Source: Pseudogymnoascus verrucosus (Eukaryota). From it: DNA of 64,000 nucleotides. The position numbers and the translations under genes were made by a program. The notes under the pieces were generated by a model. The model was not told the origin of the DNA and searched no databases. It saw nothing but the letters and a program-made list of their open reading frames with translations. Where the stretch lies: NCBI GenBank assembly GCA_001662655.1, contig KV460230.1. One strand, written 5' to 3'. Numbering within the stretch: the first letter of the stretch is position 1; each line of letters opens with the position of its first letter. Positions 10,292-20,980 of the stretch are shown here, piece by piece.

Positions 10292-13200
10292 ATGGCGAGA
10301 TATGACATTCAGCAGGAAGATAGTTCCACTTTACCAGCGATTTCTCCCCGGCAATCGAATCCTATAAACACGTTGAAAGTTGACGATAGGCATCAATCTT
10401 CACCTCGTGGCTCAACCAACCACTCTAAAGGAGCCTTGGGTGCTGCCGATGGCATCAATGAAATACATATCACGCCTCCGAGACGCAGCGATACACCTGA
10501 TGATGCAGAGGGGTGGGACACTGTGGACAATATCACTGCTCTTGGGCTAGCCTTTGGCTACAGCAATACACCCGAACAAGCTTCGCCAACAAAAAAGAGG
10601 TTTGTATTAGAAGAGTTGGAACCGACACATGAACCTCCCAGCATCCAGCTTACTCGGCCGCCGTTTGAGAAGTGGGTAAAAGGCTTCAACAAAAACGCAG
10701 CACGGAGACACAGACGAGCCAATAGCATTGCTGGGACTAGTGTTTCCGACAGCGATTATCATTCCTTGCAATCCAAAATTCGCACCCGACACGGCCTCCG
10801 AAAGTCCGTATCCGGTTCATCGCTTGGGTTCGTCACGGCAGTGAAAAGTGCCAGTATTAGCCTTGCAAGCTTTAGTATTGCTACGAAATCCCGGAACCGT
10901 GGACATTCCTCGAAGCATCAGAAGACCGACCGCAGCAGTAGGGCGTCTAATATTGGGCCCCGAACATCTGAAGACAGTGCATATGCTGCCAGGGGTATAG
11001 CCAATGATGTTGCAGTAACGAATCGTTCTATCCGGCGGCGTCGAGTGCTCGAAGAAATTATAAGCACTGAGGAGGGTTATTTTGGAGATGTGAAATTCTT
11101 AATGAATGTGAGTCTTGAGTTACCGTCGAAAATTCACGGGCTGATAGGACCTCATAGGTTTATGTGACCCTTCTGGCTTCGGTTCCAATGCTACCAAGCC
11201 TCCGGACTTCAATTAGTCGAAACCTGTCTGATATTGTTGAGTTACATGACGAGCTTTTGGGGGATCTTCATCGAGTTGTCCCTCACTCGGAATATACACA
11301 GCCAGATTATATATCTAGTCCTGCACCTGAGAAGCAGGGGCATCATCGCTGGAGGAGTCTTGATGCTGTTCCTGAGAATTCCAGTGACCTTTCGTGGGTG
11401 CAGAAAATCCCTGGGATGACAGCAGAAGCCCAAGTCGCTGCTGACGTGGCGAAAGTATTCGGCAAGAGGGTATGCTAAGGAGTTTTTTTATCCTCGTTTT
11501 GCACAAATACAGTTTCCAGCCTGAAAACTGCTAATAAACTACCCATAGATGCACCGCTTTTTCGCGTATGAGGAATATGGAGCGAAGTATGAGATGATGG
11601 TCAAGAAAGTGGCATCAGCATACAAGACACTACCGCAGTGGGAGGAATATCAGAAAGGTCTGGAGGCCTTGGCGGCTTCTCTGGAGTCAACCAATATCCA
11701 GAACGGCCAACCTAACAAATCTTTAACTGTAGGTGATTTACTGGTGAAGGTAAGAAGCTGACACTGAGAAGCTGAGTGCTAGCCGCAACTGCTGATCCTG
11801 ACTCAGCCTATACAGCGTGTTTGCCGCTACCCACTCCTTTTTGCTGAGCTGCTTAGGCAGACGCCCGTTTGTGATTGCCCAGAGTCGCACATGGAGATTG
11901 AAAAGGTTCTCGTGAGACTACGGGAAATGACATCGGAGATCAATAAAGCAACAGAGGACCCCCTCATGAAACCAACCATGGAAAAGACATGGCTTCTCCA
12001 GGACAGACTTTTAATTCCTGATCAGGTAAGCCAATTCACACAAGTATTATCCACGCACTGTTAATACTAAGACATCGGCAGGTTGATCCTCAATCCAAGA
12101 CTTTGATTAGATCCCTCGGGCATGTACATCTATGTGGTGTTCTCCATGTTGCGTGGCAAACAAAAAATGGAGTAGATGGTCAACATATGATAACTTTATT
12201 ATATCGGGATTGCCTGGTTCTTGCCACCGTTGAAAAATTGGAGAGCGTCTACAATGTGGGTGCAATTATATTTTTCAACGATATCCGAATCGAGGAAGCA
12301 GACAATGGGAAAGGTGTGTATTCTGAAGCCTATAATAATTTTACCACCGACACTGCAACTAACTATGCTAGGCATTCAATGCCATACAGCACCATATTCT
12401 TGGAAAATAGTGTTCGAGTGTGATCACCAGCTCTTTGAGATTATCTTTAGCGCTTGCTCGTCGAAAGAAGAATTAGAATGGAGGAATCGCCTCAACATTT
12501 GCACAAGCCGAGACCATACGGACAGTTACGACCAGGCCTTTATGACAACGGTGTCACTAGGAATCAAGTCGCTAGGGACTGTTTTCGGAAAACCAGGTTA
12601 GTATGTTCCTTGACTATGCACAACGGGCGCAATCTAAAATATTAAGGTACTGTTGCAAGGAAGCTTTCAATCCGAAGAGCTACGACAGTTGGACCGAAAT
12701 CACCTCTATGTCAAGTCATTATCAAGAATACAAGTGCAACGAAAGACACGGCGACCCCGTCACTAAATGCAGCAGTCAATAGATCGCAATCACTACTGGG
12801 GACAAACCGCATCCCAGTTCTTGCTCCTTCGAGAGCTGAAAGGGTGAGATTAGAGCGCTTACTTTCAGACGTGTGGACAAAACAAATTCTACCCTATCCG
12901 GGAATGTCTGGACGGGCCCGGAGTGAGCATATTGTGCGCTCCTCAGCAAGCTCCATGATGAGAAAACTCAGTGTAGCAAGCATCACAAGTAATTTCGCCA
13001 AACTCTCAGGAAGCGCTGTGAGCCCACAACATGCCTCTGGCTCACCCGGCGAGGACAATAGCGACCGAAAAGTTGTTATTTCAGACAAAGATCCCGGCTC
13101 TCCTGCCCGGTCTAACGTCTTAAAAACGACAGCAAACAATATTCAACCGACGACTTCCATCAATGATTTGGACTTGCGCTTTGACTCTACTTTTGATGAA

Positions 13201-13467
13201 AAGATGGCCAGCTTGGCGGCGCCCCCTGTTACTGAGAGTAGTCCCATCGGAACAATGAAGCGCTTGGCGGCGTTGAGAGTAAAGAACGTCCTACAGCCAG
13301 ACAAAAATCGCCACCTTGCATCACCGCCATCAACTCCTCGCAAAATCAGCCTGGGCCGGAAGATGATGAGAAGTGTTTCTGGAGGCAGTGTTGGTGGTCA
13401 CTCTGGCTCTCCTTTGAGCCAGATTTCTCGAGAAAGTGAAAATCAAACCCTGGTAAAGCTAATCTGA
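10292..13467 (+). CDS. Rho guanine-nucleotide exchange factor (DH-PH), multi-exon; 3' end uncertain
   Basis: RRRVLEEIISTEEGYFGDVKFL, LLVK|PIQRVCRYPLLFAELL DH motifs; PH-like LGHVHLCGVLHVAW; several GT-AG introns join the ORF fragments. Confidence 0.85.
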
Positions 13468-13789
13468 TGGATGCAGCTATGGGATCGCTGCTTAGGTATT
13501 TTAAAACGGTCTCTATTGTATGCCGAGGTCTTCGATATGGGATGCGACGCAGGAGGGTAACATTCTTTGAACACAGCTATACCTCCCCTCGCCGTCCCAG
13601 AGTTCTCTACATTTGTTCATTATTGTGGGGTTTCTGTACAGACATTTATAGAACGTGGCTCAGTTATGCAAATACCCGTGTTATACTCCACCAATTGCAA
13701 TTAATACACCCAAGGCATCTGCAATTCTGGAGTTGTGAAGTGGTCTCGTGCTCAATGGAAGTTGATAGAAAGTAGAGTAGTGGGACCCT

Positions 13790-13845
13790 GAGGGGTATTA
13801 GCGTGTCCTGTCTGCCCCTCTCAATAATGACGTAGTGCGCCAAGT
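13790..13845. promoter_or_regulatory. Stress-element cluster upstream of RTC3 (STRE, CRE-like TGACGT, GCCAAG)
   Basis: AGGGG near 13791, CCCCT near 13815, TGACGT near 13828, GCCAAG near 13839. Yeast RTC3 is osmostress-induced. Confidence 0.35.
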
Positions 13846-14081
13846 TAGGAACGTTCGGGTTACGGAGTCTGGGGGCGTGCAGGGTAACGGTTCGATGACG
13901 AAACCATGAACCGCGCAGCTACAAAACCTCACTCAATCCCCCGTTTCCTTTCCTTTGATCTTACCATCATAAACACTTTACATTACATTGAAAACTCAAT
14001 ACTACACTGTCAATTTTAACTACGCGATATTTAACAACTACAAACCTCAACCTTACCAACTCCAACTCACTACATATCAAG

Positions 14082-14565
14082 ATGGCTCGCGGAACCGGTG
14101 TTCAGTCTAAGGTCCACTACAAGGGCAGCACCGACGACTATGTCGTCTTCGTCGAGGATCCCGCTATGTTGAAGAAGTGGAGAGGTGACAAGACCATCGC
14201 GCTGGTCGAGGTGGTCGACGCATTCAAGGTCTTCACGACCGGCAAGTAAGTCATAACACTTCCTACCATTGCCAATGCGGGGATGAAGGATTAACAACAT
14301 GCAACAGGCAAGGTGCACAGGGCGAGCTCAACACGGCTTCCAAGTCGCAGCTTGAGAACGAGTTTGGTACGTCGAAGGAAGACGATGTTATCCAGAAGAT
14401 CTTGCAGGAGGGAACGCTCCAGGAGACTGAGGTATGTGTCTCACCTACCCCGCATTCTTCCACCCCAATCACAACCCCAACGCAAGCATACTAACAGTTT
14501 ACCCCCAGGCTACCGCCAGGCAAGGCATCACCAACGAGACGATCGGTGTCCGTGGTCCGTTCTAG
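14082..14565 (+). CDS. RTC3: SBDS N-terminal-domain protein Rtc3 (2 introns)
   Basis: MARGTGVQSKVHYKGSTDDYVVFVED...WRGDKTIALVEVVDAFKVFTTGK|QGAQGELNTASKSQLENEFGT...ILQEG. Exon 1 is missed by the ORF track. Confidence 0.88.
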
Positions 14566-15374
14566 AGCACTCGCTGCTGTGACGGATGAATGTATTGTTA
14601 TGGATGAGTTGAGAGGCCCGTCCGTCGGGGCTGGGGAGGATGAAGGGAACCAATGATGATCGGTGCATATGAGGCGTGACTGGAACGGCACCGGGAATAG
14701 GGACTTTTGTGATGGTAGCTTAGCTTTATTATGGCTATAGTACCTCTTGCGAGGAATAGGGAATTCTACAAATGATTTCCCAATGTTGATGATACCTCAG
14801 GTGCTCTTGGTTAAGTCACGTGAAGACATGTATGATGAGTTGGGGATGCGATGCGTTGTTATGCTGTGTTACTTCCATAATCGTTATCAGACACGAGCAA
14901 GTAACACGGGAACGATCATGGATGCTGTGCTCGGGGGCTTGGTGAGGTAATTCCGGTGTGTCATGCCCAGCGCGAAGAAGGCTATTAAAGTACCAGCCAA
15001 GCCGAGTGTAACCTCACTCACAGTTTCAAAAAACCTCTTGGTATTGAAAAAATAAACTGCCGCCATCGCTCCATCTCCACCACAAAAAACTCGGCGGCCA
15101 AAGCGCCTCCTTACTCATTTGAATCTGCCCAGGATCATTCATGCCGAAGTTTTTAATTGGTATTATACTATCTACTCTAATTCCCGTTCTGGCCCCTCAA
15201 CGGCGGCGCAGGCTTTCTCGGTCTCAACATCATCAGAGTTATGTGACGTGAATATATGTACCCATTCCTCGCGGGCAGCTAAAGTGACAGCGTAACGCCT
15301 CGCTCATGCCCACGCAATACACATCCCACGCTCCCAAATATACGCCCAGCTCCTCTGTAACCCCTCCCATCTCG

Positions 15375-15919
15375 CTATACCTTGCCCGGTCTCCCGCGCT
15401 GCGGTAAGCTCCACGGTTTCTCGACAACAATCTAGCATGTGTTAGCAACCGCCTCGGCCATGTGCGGACAGTAGGAAAACTCACCTCGCCTTCGCTATAT
15501 GCCCAGAAGTAGACCACGATGCCGATGGTGTAGTATATCGCCGGGTTGGTGGCTTGGTATAGTAGCGCTGCGGAGAGTGCTGCGAGGGGGTAGACGACCA
15601 GTCGTGCCTCGATGCTGCGGTGGAGGGCGGTCTTTGCGATGATGCCGAGCGGCCACTCCCAGGCTGTGATGACGAGCCCCATTACCAGGTTAATGGATTG
15701 CAGCACTGGTATAGGTTTTACGGCGCCATCGAGATTCTTGGTGAGGAAGTCCCAGAAGATCTTGGGCCAGAAGAAGCCTTCGATTGCGGCGGCTATTTGG
15801 TCTGGAGGTTCAGAGTTAGTAGGGTTCGTATGGAGGCTGTGTGGTTCGTTGGGAAACGTACATATAGAGGCCGAGAGGATGATGAGGCGCGCCCAGTGGT
15901 TCTTGATGAGTTTGCCCAT
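15375..15919 (-). CDS. noxD: NADPH oxidase subunit NoxD / Pro41 / HAM-6 (p22phox homolog; 2 introns)
   Basis: MGKLIKNHWARLII...EGFFWPKIFWDFLTKNLDGAVKPIPVLQ...AWEWPL...YQATNPAIYY...WAYSEGE|IVVEKPWSLP. Confidence 0.92.
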
Positions 15920-18488
15920 GGTGTATTATATGTGTATTCCTCCCACTGCAGTCCCGAGCCTGCAACGCCTGATCTGCGCGAAGAGTTCAACCGGCGTAAT
16001 TACAGCGGCTCAGACTCCAAATATAACGGTAGCAAGAATAAAGGCGAAAGTGGTGTAGGCGAAAGAAGTGAAAGGTATCCGAACCAGCGGACCTGAGGAG
16101 AAAGTAAACGACGGTAGGAAAGAGGCTATTGACAACGACGGCGATGAGTGCGACAGCGCAGCTGGCGAGGAAGAGAGGCCTCTTGGCTCAACCGGCCATG
16201 CGCCCGACTATATCACTTCCGTTCGTGCCAGCGAGCGGGGCGTTGCGCGGGGCGCCCGTGTTTCTGGTATCGTTGCAGGTGGTGGAGTGTGCGCTCGGCC
16301 TCGAGGGTGTTCCGGTTCCAAGGCGCGCGATCGTTTGGATCTCTGGTCAGAGTGGGTATTGAGGTTTCGATCGGACGTTTTGAGAGGTGTCAACGGCAGA
16401 TGCTCATGCGGGAGATGCGATGAAGGATGGTGGTATCGGTGGATTTGAGACGGGTAGGGTGTTTGAGAGCGAGGGCTGTGCTGAGCTTGGTAGTGAAGGC
16501 GGATATGAGTGAGTCCACAGTCTGTGTGAATGGTGATACTCGGATGGTGAGAGGTGCTGAAGATGCCGGCGACTCGGGAGCGGATGATGAGGAGAATGAA
16601 ACCAGGAATGTAGGAGGGATGGGGTAAAGATCATACAGAAGAGAAAGAGAGACAGGGAAGGTCAAGTCAAACTTGCGGGACACCCTACCTTGTACTCTCA
16701 CCATGCGCCTCCGTTCCACGCACGTACTGTAGCAAACGCCGTGGCCACATGGCGTGGGACCATTGCCATGGCATCACAGCTCCAATCGGGGGGGGGGAGG
16801 GCGGCTGGGCGGTCAATTGAAGTTTGAGAGCTATAATTGAACATACACCACAGAACGGCCATAATTGATAGTATGGGAAAGCAAAAGACGGAAGCAGATT
16901 ACTCGTTTTGTGCATATAAGACGCCGATTGGGGTATTAGTCGCTGGGGAGTATGCAGGTCTGTAGAGGGTATTTTAACTGTGTGACCTATGATACTGGGG
17001 ATAAGTGAAGAATGGCACGGCTTGACGTGCAGCTTGGGTGCAGCTTGGGGCTGGTCTTGCATCTGATTGGCCGGTCGATATGTGCCGGGCGGTTAGGTAC
17101 CACAGTCATTGGACAGTCCTTCAACTTCACACTCACTGTACCAGCATGGAGTTACTATCTTGGTATACAAAGCATGCGCATCTTCGGGGGTCTGGTAAAT
17201 AGTGCGCTATCTTCGTCAATCACTATATTGCTCTGATATATATTATCCCTTCTGTTGGATACAAATAATAAGATGCTGCTGAAGTCTCTGATATCTTCTT
17301 TGTTCTTGTCCCTGGATTGCAAATCTACATTTCCCCCTCCCCGACCCCTCCCTTGTCGCATTGACCACCACACATCACGGAACCACCACCTTAATTCCTC
17401 CCGAGGTGCCGCACCAGCCCCGACCCACCCTTGCCGCGACGTCGCAGAGTCTGGTCTGAAGCAGGTCACGTTTGGAAAGGGCACAGCCGGCAAATCCAGC
17501 AAATCGAGCGGATCCAGCAAAACCAACACAATCCAACAATCCCAACAGGTTACTATTTCTGTATTTAATCCCTTGATAGCCTCAACATGGCCATTCCTAC
17601 CGCCACTGTTGGTCAAGGGGAAACCTTGAACCACCCTTAGTAAGGATACCAAAGACTCGTGAAGTAAGGTGGCCAGATCCTCGTCGATATTGATCAATAG
17701 CGTACAAGTACATTGCATTGCATGCCTCGTCACACAGGAAAAGAGCCACCACAGGCTTTCTTATCCGAGGAGCGGGCGGGAGGGGACGTGCCTTTTGACA
17801 CTATTTTGGTGCCTCTGCAGCGCTTCAAGAAGGGGTCTCATTGGTCCCTCGCTCCACCAAACCCCTCGGCCTTGGCGTGTCTTACAGATGTGGAAGAGCT
17901 AGTCAACACAGGCGAGTTCTCGTCAATGCAGTGTAGTATCGCCAGCCACACCACTTCTTCAGTGGTATTCTGGAGGCGGTCTGTGATGGATGTGATGTGA
18001 TCTTCCATGTGTTGATGGTGATCGGCGGTGTGTTGCCCAGTGAGGACGGCAATGGACCAGAATTAAAAACTTTATATAAAGTGGCAAGAGCAAGAGGGTC
18101 CTCAACTTCGGTGTTCGCTTGCCGGTGAGAATGGATTGCACTTCCGTTCTCGACTCACGAGATAGAAGCTGCAAATGCAAGCCATGAATCAAGCCAAGCA
18201 GTGCGCGGTGCGTAATGGGAAGACTCTTCTTTCACCGACAGGGAATAAACTGGCCATTGGACGTCATCTTCGAAAATGGCCCGTGTGACAATGCCATCGC
18301 CACTTCTCAAAAGGTAGTGGCTCATATCGAGAATCCTTTGTGATTCCCTAAGTGATAGTTTTCTGTATGTAGCTAGAAGCACATTATCCCCCCCGCCATA
18401 ATAGTGCGTGAGCATCTCCCTCTAGCCATATCTGTTCGAGCACGGAAATCTTCTCCTCCGTCTATTCACATCAGAACCCTGGCAGACT

Positions 18489-19254
18489 TCACTCAGCAAC
18501 GTATTCACTCAGCCAAAATTCGATAGCTTGTTCCGCTTGTCCCTTGTCCGGCACGTATTCTTTGATAGCATTCTGACCATCCTCTGTCGTTGCTGCCGCG
18601 GCCAGCTCGGAGAAGCCGTGGAACATATCACTCAGGACGTTTCTGGTATGCTCCAGGAGTTGTGCACGTGCAGCGCAGTGTGGCAGTATAGTGACGGGCG
18701 AGACGGGCGCTATTATCGGCTTTGCTAGAAGAAGCTGGCGCTGACAGACGAAGATTGCCGTGGATAAAGCGCGGAGGCTGTTGAGAGGTATGATGGAGAC
18801 TTCGAGTCTCAAGTCGAGCAAACTTTACTTTGATTAGCTCATCTGGATGGCCATATATGTAGCGGTCTGTGGATGACCAACATTGTCTGAAGCTTTATAT
18901 ATGCAGTGAAGCCATTCTTTCCATCTTTCTCCTTCAATAGGAAAACAATGCCAACATGCTGCCCTTCATTAAAGAGACTAAGTCTTTCTACCCTCTCCAC
19001 AACTTCTTCCTGGGTGTCCAGGTCTGATGCGGATAAGAGCAGAAAGCACATGCGCTGCTCATGTCCTCCAGATCCGTATACCGGGACATCTATGTCGTGA
19101 GTGTTGAGGGTTTTCTCTCCTCGGGTCAGAATCCTCAACCTCTCTGTCAAAGAAGAGGCATTATCTTACCTTGCCATTGTGGAGCAGGTATGGACAGAAG
19201 ATTGGACGGCACAGACTCCCATTGAGGCCGTTTTCGTAAGCTGCTGGAGAACAT
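18489..19254 (-). CDS. Small XPF/ERCC1-fold pseudonuclease with HhH-like tail, SPO16/FAAP24-like (~208 aa; introns 19090-19169, 18823-18881; 5' exon uncertain)
   Basis: Spliced model keeps frame (85+208+334 = 627 nt): RMCFLLLSASDLDTQEEVVERVERL...HVGIVFLL...AYIKLQTILLDLRLEVSIIPLNS...VLSDMFHGFSELAAA...QAEQAIEFW. Confidence 0.6.
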
Positions 19255-19710
19255 GGTTTGATGGCACGATGGGAATTAACCCCCAGCGCAACAGGCACAG
19301 AGCACTTGGATGGATCTGGATATTAAGATATAAACGTCTACCTAATGCAGAGTCATGTGGACAATACGAATGAAATGCACGATGATAGCTTCTTGGAAAA
19401 TGGGTATATATTTTGAGTAGGGTTGTCTTGTAGGAGAGATTTCCGCAGACACGAGAACATAATCCGATGTTCCCCAATCGCCGAACTCCAAGAGCACCAT
19501 GCCAGGTACCCGAGCGATCCCTTTGCCGGGTTGCCCCAACCATGAGAGAGTCTATGTAATATTATACAAACAAAGTAGAGTATATACACCTGCGCCTTCT
19601 TGCACTACTTATATAAATGTGCAAATAAAGCTGCGAGCCGGGTTCTGTTAAGAGTCTATAGATCATAATCTGAAATGCTATTCGGGTAGCCAACGCAAAC
19701 CTTCCAGGTT

Positions 19711-20424
19711 CTACGCCGTTTTTAGCTTCCCTGTAGCTCTTTCACTCTTCAGCAATTCCAAAGCTTGCTCAAGCACGTCAACACGAAGTTGCTGCTTCTT
19801 CTCCACCTCTTCTAGTTCCGCTACCCTGCGCTCCTCGTCTTTCAGTAGCTCTGCTAGTTCAGCAATCTTGATTGTATTTTGATCGGGTTTCGATTTGGAT
19901 TTGACGTATTCGTATGTAATGAGGCCACCTGCAACGAGGAGGACAAACGCATCGCCCAGGACATCAGCAAACAAATCGACCGCCTTCGCTTCTGGTATAG
20001 GTCTAAACTTGCGCGTCCATATGCTCCTGCTGGGATCATAAGAAGAGACCTTTTCTTTTGTCCCTGTCGCCGCGGCCTTCGCAGCAGCAGCAGCCTTTGC
20101 GGCGGCCTTTTCTTCGTCGGCCTTCACCTGCTCCGCGGTTTTGACTGTCGGCGCCTCCGCTTTCTCTTTTGCTCGTTTCTCCGCCGCCACGTCGCGCATG
20201 GAGGCGACGGAGACCCGCATGGTTATTTGATGTATTGTTTGTCCATATTTGGCTGCTATGCGCCGCAGTGACGGGTGTTCGTGGGCTTGGATCTTAATCC
20301 TATTCTATAGGTGGTATCAGCAACTGCGGGGTATTGCGAGAGGGAAAGCTGCACCTACCGCGCCATACTTGGAAATATGTCTAACAAATAAAGATGCAAG
20401 TTTGAACAATGGTAAAGGCACCAT
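19711..20424 (-). CDS. OPA3: OPA3-family mitochondrial protein (1 intron)
   Basis: LPLFKLASLFVRHISKYGA|NRIKIQAHEHP...FRPIPEAKAVDLFADVLGDAFVLLVAGGLITYEY, then coiled coil. Confidence 0.9.
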
Positions 20425-20980
20425 GATGGGATAAAGGCCTAATGGCGTCTAGATAATGGTAACTGCCAAGGTTTGCCTGGGCATGGATTTTGGACGGTCT
20501 CCAAACCGATGTGTTCTGTGAAATGTATGGGAAGCAATATAACCCGCCCGCGACACAAGAAAAAATAAGACGACTATTTCAACTCCATTGCAATGTAGAC
20601 ATAGTAAAGAAAGGACCCTGGATAGTCGTGTCGGTAGTAATCTGCTCCAGTTCAATGTGCTCCACAGTGGGTGTCGCGGTCTGACGTTTGATATCGGAGC
20701 TCGGCATATGTTATGACCGTCAGTTGCTCTGCCAACCACACCGTCCGCACTTGACTGATTTGAAGGGTATCTTTAATCAACAGCTGGTATTGGAATCAGT
20801 CTTGAGTAGTTTTTGGCTTCGACAACAAAAAACGACGGCCATCTCGAAGGCTCCAGATTTGCTCAGTTGCAATTGCTTAACGCTTCGCCTAGCTTATTAT
20901 GCCAACGATTCGAAAGACCTGGAAACCCAGCCAACCTTGTAAGTTCAGAACGCTCATCACACCCCGAACAGCACGCGATC

